Of a stretch of DNA of 64,000 bases, positions 31,556-42,084 are shown one piece after another (positions within the stretch are counted from its first letter, which is position 1; each line of letters begins with the position of its first letter). The DNA is from Gemmatimonadota bacterium. Lineage in GTDB: Bacteria > Gemmatimonadota > Gemmatimonadetes > Longimicrobiales > Gaopeijiaceae. The notes under the pieces were generated by a model that was not told the DNA's origin, did not search any database, and was given only the letters and a program-made list of their open reading frames with translations. A program made the position numbers and the translations under genes. The stretch covers positions 32,001-96,000 of the forward strand of contig JBDHHQ010000043.1 in assembly GCA_039589315.1 (NCBI GenBank), given 5' to 3'.

Positions 31556-33976
31556 ATGGCATCGGACTTCACCGCAGAGCTTCGTCACGCGGTACGCGCG
31601 CTGCTCCGGGCGCCAACCCTGACGCTGGCGGCCGTCGTCTGCCTGGGCCTGGGCATCGGCGCCACGACCGCCATCTACAGTGCCGTCCATACCGCGCTTC
31701 TTCGGTCCCTCCCGTTCGACGAGCCGGACCGGTTGGTGAGTGTATTCCGGACGACGCCCCACTTCAGCTCCGGTCCGTTCGCACCGGCCAACTTCATCGA
31801 TCTCCGCAGCGCGACCCGATCTCTCGAGGGTTTGGCGGCGATCGCCACGAACGTCGCGCTGCTCGAGGGCACGGACGAGTCACAGCGAGTGTCCGTCGGT
31901 CAGGCATCGGGGGATCTGTTTCCCGTGCTGCGGGTGCCCGCCCTTCGGGGACGCCTGCTGAGGCCCGAGGACGAGGGAGCCGAGGCGCCCCTGGTGGCGG
32001 TCGTGACGGAAGAGCTCTGGCGAGACCGCTTTGGCGCGGACGCGGGCCTGGTGGGGAGCACCCTTCGCCTGGACGGTCAGGAACACGAGGTGGTGGGGAT
32101 TCTCCCCGCGGAGCTGCGCATTCCCCACGGCTCGCAAGCGGTCCGTGCCGATGTGTGGACGCCGCTCCGCTTCACGCCGCAGGAGGCCTCTCAGCGGCGT
32201 AGCAACTACCTCCGCACGGTGGCCCGCCTGGTGGACGGTACGAGCCCGGTTGCCGCCGACGGGGAGATGGTGCAGATAATGGAAGGCATCATCGAGGCCC
32301 ACCCCGAGCTTCGGGGCGAGCAGCTCCGGGTGGTTCCCATGCAGGCCGAGTCCGTGAAGACCGTGCGCGGGCCACTCCTGCTGCTGTTGGGCGCGGTGGG
32401 TTTCGTACTGCTGATCGCCGCGGCCAACGTGGCCAGCTTGCTGTTGGCACGGGGTGTCGGCCGCCGCGAGGAATACGCCGTGAGAACGGCCCTGGGGGCG
32501 CGCAGGGCCGACCTGATCCGGACGGCACTGCTCGAAAGCGCCCTGCTGGCCGCGTTCGGATCGGTCGTCGGTCTCGCGCTGGCGTGGGCCGGCGTATCGG
32601 CGATTCGGTCGCTGCTTCCCACCCAACTCCCCCAGCTTTCCGGGCTGTCCGTCGACCTGCCCATCCTTGGGTTCGCCCTGGTCTTGGCGGCGGCGGTCGC
32701 CTCGCTCTGCGCGGTCGCTCCGGCGTGGCAAGCCAGCTCCGGCGACACGGATGCGCTGCGGTCAGGCGGCCGGAGCGGCACCGGGAGTCGGCACCAGCGG
32801 TGGCTGCGGTCACTGATCGTGGCCGAAGTGGCGCTCTCTCTGATGCTCCTGCTGGGGGCTGGGCTCGTGATGCGCGGCTTCCAGAGCCTCGTGGGCCGGG
32901 ACCCGGGCTTCGCCGCCGAGGGGCTCGTCACGCTGTCGGTCGACGTGTCCCCGTCCCGGTATGAAGACGTCGGGACGTACGCGGGCTTTCTCGCCCAGGC
33001 GGTGGAGGCCGTGCGCGGCGTCCCGGGCGTGACCCAGGCCGGGGCGATTCAGCTGATCCCGTACGAGGGTTGGGGCTGGAACTTCAACATCCGTTACGAG
33101 GGTCAGGCCGGAGACGATCCCACCCGGCTGCCCCTGGTCGAGAACCGGTACGTGAGCCCTGGTATCTTTGCCACCCTGGGCCAGACGCTTCTCGGCGGGC
33201 GACTGTTGAGCGAGATGGACGACGCCTCGGAGGGGACGCCCGTGGTGGTGGTGGCGAATCAGGCACTGGTGGACCGGGACTTCGCCGGCGAGGACCCGGT
33301 GGGCAAGCGGTTTCATCTGTCTGACAGCACGTACGCCACGATCGTGGGCGTCGTCACCAACATCCGGAACTCCGGGCCCTACAGCGAGCCCCGACCGGCC
33401 GTGTACTGGAGCTATGCCCAGCGGGGCGGAGGGTTCTCCAGCTTCCCCCTGCTGATCCGCACCTCGGGCGACCCGCTCCGGGTGTCCCGTGCCGTCACCG
33501 CTGCCATCCGGACAGTCGACCCCACGGCAGCAGTGAGCCAGCCGCGGACGATGGACCAGGTGATGGCCCGGTCGGTCGGGCGCCCTCGGTTCTATCTGGC
33601 GCTGCTGGGTATCTTCGCCGGCGTGGCATTGGGGCTGGCGGTCTCGGGACTCTACGGGATCATGAGCTACGCGGTGGCGCGCCGCACCCGGGAGCTCGGC
33701 GTCCGGGCCGCCCTCGGCGGCACGCCGACGAGGATCTTCTCCATGGTCATGGCGCAGGGGATGGGCCTGTTGGTGATCGGGAGCGCGGCGGGTCTGCTGG
33801 GGGGAGTGGCAGTGACCCGTCTGCTCGGCTCACTGCTTTACGGTGTGAGCCCCCTGGACGCGGTGACGTGGCTGCTGGTGCCGCTGCCGCTCGTCGGAGC
33901 GGCCGCGCTGGCCACGGTGATCCCGGCGCGGCGAGCCTCGGCAGTGTCACCCTCCATCGCCATGCGCGAGGAGTGA
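31556..33976 (+). CDS. MacB/FtsX-type duplicated orphan ABC permease
   Basis: ATG 31556 after GGGAGG; LGLGIGATTAIY, LLIAAANVASLLLAR, GLYGIMSYAVARRTRELGVR. Confidence 0.92.
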   Translation: MASDFTAELRHAVRALLRAPTLTLAAVVCLGLGIGATTAIYSAVHTALLRSLPFDEPDRLVSVFRTTPHFSSGPFAPANFIDLRSATRSLEGLAAIATNVALLEGTDESQRVSVGQASGDLFPVLRVPALRGRLLRPEDEGAEAPLVAVVTEELWRDRFGADAGLVGSTLRLDGQEHEVVGILPAELRIPHGSQAVRADVWTPLRFTPQEASQRRSNYLRTVARLVDGTSPVAADGEMVQIMEGIIEAHPELRGEQLRVVPMQAESVKTVRGPLLLLLGAVGFVLLIAAANVASLLLARGVGRREEYAVRTALGARRADLIRTALLESALLAAFGSVVGLALAWAGVSAIRSLLPTQLPQLSGLSVDLPILGFALVLAAAVASLCAVAPAWQASSGDTDALRSGGRSGTGSRHQRWLRSLIVAEVALSLMLLLGAGLVMRGFQSLVGRDPGFAAEGLVTLSVDVSPSRYEDVGTYAGFLAQAVEAVRGVPGVTQAGAIQLIPYEGWGWNFNIRYEGQAGDDPTRLPLVENRYVSPGIFATLGQTLLGGRLLSEMDDASEGTPVVVVANQALVDRDFAGEDPVGKRFHLSDSTYATIVGVVTNIRNSGPYSEPRPAVYWSYAQRGGGFSSFPLLIRTSGDPLRVSRAVTAAIRTVDPTAAVSQPRTMDQVMARSVGRPRFYLALLGIFAGVALGLAVSGLYGIMSYAVARRTRELGVRAALGGTPTRIFSMVMAQGMGLLVIGSAAGLLGGVAVTRLLGSLLYGVSPLDAVTWLLVPLPLVGAAALATVIPARRASAVSPSIAMREE

Positions 33977-34110
33977 CGCGGCGAGTGCACGCGGATTCCC
34001 CCGCGCACCCGCCCCTCGCGAGTCGCCTAGGCCCAACTTCCGGTTGCCGTCGAGCGGCCGGTGCGCCCACCTCGACTGGGTCGAGAGCGACGCACCGACG
34101 ACCCGACGAA

Positions 34111-36519
34111 TCACTCCGCCCGGAGTGCGTCGACCGGGTTGACCCGCGTGGCCCGACGGGCCGGCAGATACGCCGCCAGCACGGCCACGGACGCCAGCAC
34201 GAGGCCCGCCACGCCGAACGACAGCGGATCGGCGGGCTCGATCTCGTAGAGCAGCCCCGCCAGGAAGTTGGAGAGGAACAGGGCTCCCAGACCACCGACG
34301 AGCAATGCGGTAGCGACGAGGATGACGCCTTCGCGCAGGACCATGCGGAGGACGCGGCCCCGGTCGGCCCCCACGGCGAGGCGGATGCCGAACTCCCGGG
34401 TCCGCTGACTCACCGAGAACGCCAGCACGCCCAGGACGCCAACCGCTGCGATCAGAAGTGCCAGCAACGCGAAGGCACCGAAAAGCGTGGCGTTGAGCCG
34501 TTCCGGCGCGATGCTGTCCGCCTTCAGCTCTGCCAGGGAGGCGATGTTGTCCACGATCCGGTCGGGGTCGTGCTCGCGGATCGCCTCTTTCACGAACTGG
34601 GCCAGGGGCCCGACTGCCCCGCTGGTCCGCACCATCAAGGTCGAGCCCGGGGCGTTCTGGCTCATGGACACGTAGAGGACGCCCAGACCGGACCGGTCGA
34701 GCCCGTAGTCCCGGGTGTCCCCGACCACGCCCACCACCCGGTACCACGGGTTGAAGTCACCGCTGCCGAACCGCCATGAGATCCGTTGCCCGACGGCGTC
34801 GGTGTCGGGAAAGAACTGCCGGGCCATGGACTGATTGAGCACCGCGACCGGCTCCCCGTCCGGCTCGTCCGTCATCACGTAGGCGGGCGAGACCACGTTG
34901 AAGCGTGCTTCCGAGCGGCTCCCCGCCATGGCGTCCTCACGCCCCTCGACCCGGAATTCCCAGTTGACCGGGCCGAAGGCGTTCGAGCTCAGGGGCGCCC
35001 AGTTCGCCACGGATGCATTCCTCACCCCGGGGTACCGCTCGACCCGCTCGATGACGTCGGTCCAGAGGGCGCGCCGCTCGTCCACCGTGAGGCTGGTGGC
35101 GTTGGAGAAGAAGTCCGGGGACTCCAGAGTCACCACGTTCTCCGGATCGAACCCGGCATCGACCGACTGGAGGCGGAGCAGGCTCCGAACCAGCAGCCCG
35201 GCGCCGATGAGCAGGGCGAAGGAGAGCGAGAGCTGGCTCACCACCAGTGCCTGCTGGAGCCGCTTGCGGCCCACGCTCGCCGTGGTGCGCCCACCCGTGC
35301 CGATGCCGCCCGACCGCGGCGCCAGGGGCATGCCGGGGAGCCAAGCCAGCACTACCGAGATCCCCGTGGCCACCACGACGGCGAACGACAGGACACCCAG
35401 GTCGATGCCGATCTCTCCGGTCCGCACGGTGAGCCGGCCGGCGTAGTCCACGAGCAGGTCGAGGCCGAGGTAGGCGAGGGCCAGACCCAGGCCGGCCCCC
35501 AGCACGGAGAGCACCAGGTTCTCGGCCAGAAGGCGCCGCCGAAGCACGGAGGTCGTCGCCCCGAGAGCCGCCCGGGTGGCGAGCTCGTGCTCCTTCCGAA
35601 TCAGGCGGGTCAACGTGAGGTTGGCGACATTGGCGCAGGCCAGGATCAGCACCAGGCCCACCGTGGCCATCAGCAGGACGAAGGTGGACCGAGCGTCCCG
35701 GGTCAGCTCGTCCTTCCAGAGCGAGACCTCGAGCCCGTACTGGAGATCAGCGGGATAGGCGTCCCCGTACTCCTGGTGCAGGCGCCGCATGATACCCGTC
35801 AGCTCCGAGCGCGCGGCCTCCGGCGTGGCGCCCGGGACCATGCGAGCGAAGACGTCGGTCATCCGGTGCGTCCGGCTGTCCCGCATCGCCGCGCCCTGGT
35901 AGTGGTCGTTGGTGGCGTAGTTGACGAAGAAGTCCACGCGCCGGCTGCCGGTGTAGTGGCTGCCCGGCTCCAGCACGCCCACGATGCGGGTGGTGCGGCC
36001 GCCGAGCTGAATCGTACGCCCGAGGGCTTCCGGATCCGCTCCGAAAGCGCGATTCCAGTAGTCGTGGGTCAGCACCATGACGGGCTCTGCGCCCTGCTCC
36101 GCGTCCTCGACCAGCAGGCTGCGGCCGTGGGCCGGCACCAGACCCAGAACCTCGAAGTAGTTCGGCGTCACCAAGCCACCGACCGCCCGGTGAGGCTCTC
36201 CCTCGCCCACCACGCTGAAGGTCCAATCGCCGTATTCCACCAACTCATCCACCAGGGTGGACTGGGCGCGGTAGTCGTCGATCTCGATGAACGAGAACGT
36301 GACGTTGTCCACGCCCGCCCCTCTGGCAGGCTGTTTCAGGTAGAGGATGCGATCCGCGTCGGCGTGGGGGAGTGGCGAGAGGAGCACGCCGTCCACGACG
36401 CTGAAGATGGCGGCATTGATCCCGATCCCGAGACCGAGGGTCAGAATGAATGCCGCGGCGTATCCGGGACTCCTGCGAAGGCTCCTGGCCGCAGATCCGA
36501 GCTCAGATAGCAGTTGCAT
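34111..36519 (-). CDS. MacB/FtsX-type duplicated orphan ABC permease (short in-frame internal deletion)
   Basis: ATG 36519 after GGAGG; LGLGIGINAAIF, LILACANVANL, FSVSQRTREFGIRLAVGA. Confidence 0.9.
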   Translation of the reverse strand: MQLLSELGSAARSLRRSPGYAAAFILTLGLGIGINAAIFSVVDGVLLSPLPHADADRILYLKQPARGAGVDNVTFSFIEIDDYRAQSTLVDELVEYGDWTFSVVGEGEPHRAVGGLVTPNYFEVLGLVPAHGRSLLVEDAEQGAEPVMVLTHDYWNRAFGADPEALGRTIQLGGRTTRIVGVLEPGSHYTGSRRVDFFVNYATNDHYQGAAMRDSRTHRMTDVFARMVPGATPEAARSELTGIMRRLHQEYGDAYPADLQYGLEVSLWKDELTRDARSTFVLLMATVGLVLILACANVANLTLTRLIRKEHELATRAALGATTSVLRRRLLAENLVLSVLGAGLGLALAYLGLDLLVDYAGRLTVRTGEIGIDLGVLSFAVVVATGISVVLAWLPGMPLAPRSGGIGTGGRTTASVGRKRLQQALVVSQLSLSFALLIGAGLLVRSLLRLQSVDAGFDPENVVTLESPDFFSNATSLTVDERRALWTDVIERVERYPGVRNASVANWAPLSSNAFGPVNWEFRVEGREDAMAGSRSEARFNVVSPAYVMTDEPDGEPVAVLNQSMARQFFPDTDAVGQRISWRFGSGDFNPWYRVVGVVGDTRDYGLDRSGLGVLYVSMSQNAPGSTLMVRTSGAVGPLAQFVKEAIREHDPDRIVDNIASLAELKADSIAPERLNATLFGAFALLALLIAAVGVLGVLAFSVSQRTREFGIRLAVGADRGRVLRMVLREGVILVATALLVGGLGALFLSNFLAGLLYEIEPADPLSFGVAGLVLASVAVLAAYLPARRATRVNPVDALRAE

Positions 36520-36651
36520 GCTCCACCTCCCCACCGATGACTCAAGACGCGGCGACCCCCGTCGCCCGTCCCCGGGTCGCCCTGCCCGGTCTCAGTTCAG
36601 AAGATCTACGAAGACCATCGTATATGCAAGAGGACCGCTCCGCCCTGCTTC

Positions 36652-38517
36652 TCAGAGCAGAGTCAGGAGCCAGAGCACCAGGGCCAGGAGGCCCACCACA
36701 GCGGCCCCGCGAACGACCATCGGCATCTTCCGCGACGGGACGTCCGGTGCGGCAAGCGCCGCGACCAGCGCTCCCGGGGTGGCGAAACGGTGTCCGGGAT
36801 CCTCGTCCATCGCTCGCTCCACGGCCCGCTCCACGTGTGGCGGGACGTCCGGGCGCAGCGTCCGTAGACCGGGCGCACGGCGGCTCAGGCCGCCCGCCCT
36901 GGCCGAGTCACCGTCGAAGGGGGGTCGACCGGCCAGCATCTCGTACACGACACAGCCGAGACTGAAGACGTCCGATCGCCCGTCCACGTCGTGCTCCCCG
37001 CTCAGCTGCTCCGGGCTCATGTACGCCATCGTGCCCATCACCGCCCCGGTGGCGGTGAGCGCGGAGTCCCGTTCGTCCCGCAGTGCCTTGGCGATCCCGA
37101 AATCGGTGACGATACCCTGCCCCTCGCTGATCATGATGTTGGCGGGCTTCACGTCCCGATGCACCACGCCCTGCCGGTGCGCGTGGTCGAGGGCCGCCGC
37201 CACGTCCCCCACGATCTTGAGGACCCGCTCCAGTGACAGGCGATCGCCTCGACGAAGGTGATCCCTCAGCGAAGCGCCCTTTATGAACGGTGTCACGTAG
37301 AACAGCAGGCCACCGGCCACTCCTGAATCCAGGAGCGGCACGATATGGGGATGCTGGAGGTGGGAGGTGATCTGGATCTCACGCTCGAATCGTTGCGCCC
37401 CCTCCCCCACCGTGAGCTCCGGATGGATCACCTTGATGGCCACCGGCCTCTGGTGCTTGCGCTCACGGGCCCGAAAGACCGTCGCCATGCCGCCGCGACC
37501 TACCTCGACTTCGACCTCGTACCGCTGCGAAAGCTCTCCCCGGAGGACCTGGTAGGGATCTCGCAGACCCGACGCGGGCGCCGGCGGGGACGAGCCAGGA
37601 AGGCGGCCGCTCCCGTACTCGGCCCGCTCGTGAAGCAGTGGAGCCTCCAGCGGGCCTCCTTGCAGGCCCAGGAAGCTCCGTACCTCCGTGACGAACTGCG
37701 TCCACGCGGGCTCGGGCTCCAGGATGAGGTGGTTCTTGCTGTCGAGGGCTACGAACCGGCTGTCCGGGATGCCCGACGCGAGGACGCGGCCCGCTTCGAA
37801 GGGTACCCTGGCCTCGTTGCGGGCGTGGAGCACGAGCGTGGGAACCGAGACCTGCGCCAGGAGATGCCGCACGTCGATGTCGCCGAAGGTCTCCTGGAAC
37901 CGCACGGCGTTGTCGGGCGAGGTGGAGATGCGCTGCAACTCGTTGAACCACTCCGCCTGCTCCGGCGTCCCCTCCGGCAGGAACAGGTTCGTGAACAGAT
38001 GCCGATAGGCAGGGTTGTCTCGTCCCCAGCCCTGGCGCATGAGGGTCATGAGCGCCCGCCGCTCTTCCTCCTCGCCCGGGTCGCTTCGGTGCTTCCAGCC
38101 GGCGGCGTAGGCCCCGTAGAGGATCAGGTGGCTCACCCGCTCGGGGTGTCGCACGGCGTAGTCGATGGCCACCGCCCCGCCCTGGGAGATGCCCAGCAGG
38201 GGGAACCGGTCCAGGCCCAGGGCGTCGACCACGGCCTCGAGGTCGTCGACCCACGCCTCGAACGCGAACTCCACGTCCCGGTCGGAGAGCCCGCATCCCC
38301 GCTCGTCATAGCGAACGAGCTTGTGATCGCGGGAAAGCTCCCGGAGCCAGTGTCGCCAGACGGGGCTCTCACGATCGAACTCGAGGTGGCTGAGCCAGTT
38401 CGCGGCTTTCACCAGCGGAGGGCCGGTACCCAACGTCGCGTACGCGATGCGCACGCCGTCAGGCGTGGTGCAGAAGCGGATTTCCTGCTGGAAGCCGTAT
38501 GGATTGCTGGAGGTCAT
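36652..38517 (-). CDS. Alpha/beta hydrolase - Ser/Thr protein kinase fusion with C-terminal TM helix
   Basis: YDERGCGLS, GISQGG, LDSKNH; then GRGGMATV, VAIK, HRDVKPAN, DFG, YMSPEQ. Confidence 0.9.
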   Translation of the reverse strand: MTSSNPYGFQQEIRFCTTPDGVRIAYATLGTGPPLVKAANWLSHLEFDRESPVWRHWLRELSRDHKLVRYDERGCGLSDRDVEFAFEAWVDDLEAVVDALGLDRFPLLGISQGGAVAIDYAVRHPERVSHLILYGAYAAGWKHRSDPGEEEERRALMTLMRQGWGRDNPAYRHLFTNLFLPEGTPEQAEWFNELQRISTSPDNAVRFQETFGDIDVRHLLAQVSVPTLVLHARNEARVPFEAGRVLASGIPDSRFVALDSKNHLILEPEPAWTQFVTEVRSFLGLQGGPLEAPLLHERAEYGSGRLPGSSPPAPASGLRDPYQVLRGELSQRYEVEVEVGRGGMATVFRARERKHQRPVAIKVIHPELTVGEGAQRFEREIQITSHLQHPHIVPLLDSGVAGGLLFYVTPFIKGASLRDHLRRGDRLSLERVLKIVGDVAAALDHAHRQGVVHRDVKPANIMISEGQGIVTDFGIAKALRDERDSALTATGAVMGTMAYMSPEQLSGEHDVDGRSDVFSLGCVVYEMLAGRPPFDGDSARAGGLSRRAPGLRTLRPDVPPHVERAVERAMDEDPGHRFATPGALVAALAAPDVPSRKMPMVVRGAAVVGLLALVLWLLTLL

Positions 38518-38720
38518 GTCCGTCGTTGGGAGATGGCGGAAACATACGGGCGCCCGCGCCGGGCTCCAAGCGTTTTCGGCATGCCGTGGGCAGATGGACG
38601 GCTCTGGAAGGTCTTTGCCCTACATGGCGTGTCGGACTCCTCCCCACGGCGAGCGGGCCCTCCGAGCCCGATCTTTCTTCGAGCCCTTTCGCGACCTTCC
38701 GTACGACGGAGCGAAGTGCC

Positions 38721-39860
38721 GTGCCCCTGTCACCCGAAATCCACGCCCGCTTCCACGGGTTGCGCCGACTCATAGGCAATACGCCCCTTCTCCGGGTGGA
38801 CTACCGCCTCGAGGGGGCACCCCGCAGCGTTTTCGTGAAGAACGAGACGCTCAACATGACGGGGAGCGTGAAGGACCGGATGGCGCTCCACATCCTGCGG
38901 CGCGCCTACGAGCGGGAGACCCTCCGCCCCGGCGCCCTCGTCATCGAGGCGACGAGCGGGAACACCGGAATCTCGTTCGCGGCCATCGGGCGGGCGCTCG
39001 GACACCCGGTCGCCATCTTCATGCCCGAGTGGATGAGCGAGGAGCGGAAGAACCTGATCCGGTCGTTCGGCGCGGAGATCCACCTCGTCAGCCATGCGCA
39101 AGGCGGCTTCCTCGGCTCCATCGGGATGGCCGAGGAGATGGCGAACCGGATACCGGACGCCTTCCTCCCGCATCAGTTCGCCAACGAGGACAACAGCGAC
39201 GCCCACGCCACGGGGACAGGGCCGGAGATCTGGTCGCAGCTCGAAGGCCACGGACTCAGGCCGGACGCCCTCGTCGCGGGCGTGGGCACGGGCGGGACGG
39301 TCATGGGGACGGGCGATCACCTACGCTCGCGCCACCCGGGCATCCGTGTGCACCCCCTGGAGCCGTCCAACTCGCCCACCATGAGCACCGGCCACCGGGT
39401 CGGCCACCACCGCATCCAGGGCATATCGGACGAGTTCATCCCGCCCATCGTGGACCTGGACCGGCTCGACGACGTGGTGGCCGTGGACGACGGGGACGCC
39501 ATCCTCATGGCTCAGAGGCTCGCCCGGGTTCTGGGGCTGGGCGTCGGCATCTCGTCAGGGGCCAACTTCCTCGGGGCCGTGAAGCTGCTGGAGGAGTGGG
39601 ACGGCGCGGCCACCGTCGTCACCCTCTTCCCGGACAGCAACAAGAAATACCTCTCCACCGACCTGCTCAAAGACGAGCCGGTGCGGCCGGACCACATCAC
39701 ACCTGCCGTGGAGCTCACGGGCTTCACCAGCTACAACCGGGTGTGCAGCGCGTGCTATCCGCCCGAAGAGCTGGCCCAACTGGCTGCTGCCGGGGGGCCC
39801 GACGCCGAGTTCTTTCGCAGGGCTGGGCGCCTCATGGACGAGGCGGAGCAGACGAAGTAG
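38721..39860 (+). CDS. PLP-dependent cysteine synthase family protein
   Basis: IGNTPL, TGSVKDR, EATSGNTG, GVGTGGT, HRIQGI, GISSGAN; probable GTG start at 38721. Confidence 0.92.
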   Translation: MPLSPEIHARFHGLRRLIGNTPLLRVDYRLEGAPRSVFVKNETLNMTGSVKDRMALHILRRAYERETLRPGALVIEATSGNTGISFAAIGRALGHPVAIFMPEWMSEERKNLIRSFGAEIHLVSHAQGGFLGSIGMAEEMANRIPDAFLPHQFANEDNSDAHATGTGPEIWSQLEGHGLRPDALVAGVGTGGTVMGTGDHLRSRHPGIRVHPLEPSNSPTMSTGHRVGHHRIQGISDEFIPPIVDLDRLDDVVAVDDGDAILMAQRLARVLGLGVGISSGANFLGAVKLLEEWDGAATVVTLFPDSNKKYLSTDLLKDEPVRPDHITPAVELTGFTSYNRVCSACYPPEELAQLAAAGGPDAEFFRRAGRLMDEAEQTK

Positions 39861-39880
39861 TCGACGCCTGCCCCGGCGAC

Positions 39881-41917
39881 TCAGCGGCCTTGTCCGTCCG
39901 TGACCGGGCCGTCCACGGGAAGCCAACGGCCGAACCACTCGACATTGCGGGTCATGAGGTCGCGCTGGAGGGCGGGCTCCCTGACGCCGTGGGGCTGGCC
40001 GGGATAGGTTACCATCTTCACCGGCGCCCGTCCGATCGCCTTCATGGCCTCATAGAACATGCGGCTCTGCTCCTTGGGCACTCGAGCGTCGTTCTCGCCC
40101 ACCTGGATCAGTAGCGGCGTGGTGACCCGGCCGACGCGCCGATACGCGGACCGCTCCTCGTACAGCTGCCAATCCTCCCAAGGGCTGGGCCCCAGGTACG
40201 TGTGGTAGAAGCCGGGCAAGTCGGTCTGGTGGAACATCGATACCAGCTCGTTGGCCCCGGCGCCGGCACTGGCCGCCTTGAACCGATCCGTCTGCGTGAT
40301 GCCCCAATAGGTATGGTGCCCGCCGAAGCTCCAACCCATCACGCCCAGTCGGTCGGGATCTGCGATGCCTTCCGCAATCAGGTGATCGACGCCCGAATCC
40401 ACATCCACCCAATCGCGGCCCGAGATGTCGCCCCGGTTGAGGCCGCGGAACCGCTCTCCGTAGCCAGTCGAGCCTCTGTAGTTGGGTTGCAGGACGGCGT
40501 ACCCCCTGCCGGCGAACACCTGGGTCGGGTATGCCCCATCGTCTCCATGGAAGCTCATCGTGGACACGCCGGATGGGCCTCCGTGAATGCGCAGAAGGAG
40601 CGGAGCTCGCTGACCCTCTCGGTAGCCCACCGGCAGCGTGAGGACGCCTTCGATCTCCTCCCCGTCAGCGCGAGAGCGCCAAGAGACGACCCGGGTCTCC
40701 CCTAGCGCCAACTGGTCTGCGCGTGGATTGACCTGGGTCAGGCGGCGCGGTGCGAATGCTCCCGCCTCGGCCGCGTAGACGTCGGGCGGCCGGGTCGGGC
40801 TCTGGCCGACGAACGCAACGCGTCCGCCGTCCGCCGACGCCGAGAAGCCCGAGGCGAAAAGGTCTCCCATGTCGACGGGCTCGACCTGGTCGTCGCCCCG
40901 GCCTTCGAGGGGCACCCGCACGATTCTCCGGCCCGTTCGATCGGCAGCTTCCACGAGGAGCGCCTCGGCCCCGGCCCGGACGAGGCCGGCGTGCTCGTCC
41001 AGGCCATCGGTAAGGGAGACCGGGGCCTCCACGCCGTTCACCGGCACCAGCCACAGGCGGTTGTTGTAGGTGCCACGCTCATGACCCGAGCCAGCGACGA
41101 TCAGCCCCAGCTCGGTCGTCCAGTCGACCGGAGTCTCACCGCCCGGAAGATCCGTGACCCTGCGGATCGTGGAACCGGCACCCTGTTGTACGAAGACCGC
41201 GCCCGCCACGTAGGTGCGGAGTCGGGGCGACGGTCTCGCCGCCCACGCCAGCGCCTCCGAGTCGGGGGCCCAAACCACCTCCGTCACGTGTTGGTCCGCC
41301 GCCGAGCGCTGCTCTGCCCGCCCGGCGACGTGATCTTCCAGGGGAGCGACCCAAAGGCGTGACCAGTCGGCTGCATACGCGCTGTCAGCGACGATGGGTC
41401 GCCCGCGGGTCTTCTCCAGCTCTTCTTCCTCCTCGCTGGCCTCGGCCGGAGCGAGGAAGGCGATCCAGGTACCGTCGGGCGCGAGGGAGAAGCCGGTCAC
41501 GCTGGTGGCGAAGGACGTAACCGGCCACGCCTCGCCTCCATGCGGAACGATACCGTAGATCTGGGTGCCGTCCTCGTCTTCCTCGGTGTCGCGGTCCGAG
41601 CGGAATGCCAGCCAGCTCCCGTCCGGCGCCCACTGCGGATCTCCGTCGTATCCGGGTCCCTGCGTGAGCTGCCGGGGAGGGCCCCCGTCCGTGGACACGA
41701 TCCAGATGTCCGCGTCGTACTCGTTGGCCTCCAGATCCCGCTCGGTGACGACGAACGCGACCCACGACCCATCGGGACTGATCTGGACCGAGCCCACGGA
41801 GCGGAGCGAAAGGACGTCCTCGATGGTCTGGGGGCGAAGCTCCTGTGCACGTCCGAGATCCGGGGTAGCGATGGTGGCAAGAACGGCCAGAAGGGAGGCG
41901 ATGGTCTGCAGCCGCAT
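39881..41917 (-). CDS. Exported S9-family peptidase with beta-propeller
   Basis: WD40/PD40-like repeats, IHGGP, PNYRGSTGYG, GWSFGG nucleophile motif, GENDARVP, YPGQPHG. Confidence 0.93.
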   Translation of the reverse strand: MRLQTIASLLAVLATIATPDLGRAQELRPQTIEDVLSLRSVGSVQISPDGSWVAFVVTERDLEANEYDADIWIVSTDGGPPRQLTQGPGYDGDPQWAPDGSWLAFRSDRDTEEDEDGTQIYGIVPHGGEAWPVTSFATSVTGFSLAPDGTWIAFLAPAEASEEEEELEKTRGRPIVADSAYAADWSRLWVAPLEDHVAGRAEQRSAADQHVTEVVWAPDSEALAWAARPSPRLRTYVAGAVFVQQGAGSTIRRVTDLPGGETPVDWTTELGLIVAGSGHERGTYNNRLWLVPVNGVEAPVSLTDGLDEHAGLVRAGAEALLVEAADRTGRRIVRVPLEGRGDDQVEPVDMGDLFASGFSASADGGRVAFVGQSPTRPPDVYAAEAGAFAPRRLTQVNPRADQLALGETRVVSWRSRADGEEIEGVLTLPVGYREGQRAPLLLRIHGGPSGVSTMSFHGDDGAYPTQVFAGRGYAVLQPNYRGSTGYGERFRGLNRGDISGRDWVDVDSGVDHLIAEGIADPDRLGVMGWSFGGHHTYWGITQTDRFKAASAGAGANELVSMFHQTDLPGFYHTYLGPSPWEDWQLYEERSAYRRVGRVTTPLLIQVGENDARVPKEQSRMFYEAMKAIGRAPVKMVTYPGQPHGVREPALQRDLMTRNVEWFGRWLPVDGPVTDGQGR

Positions 41918-42084
41918 GGCGAATCTCCGAAGCGCTGACGTGAGGGGCGGCCTGAGCACGCCTTGATCCGTCGGCGCAAGGTAGGCGCGACCGCGGCCGG
42001 TTCGAAACCCAGGCCGCGCCTTGCCGTAGGGTCCATGGGTAGTTCAACTCAACGGCGGCGTCCTTCCATCCCACCAGGAGGCCC

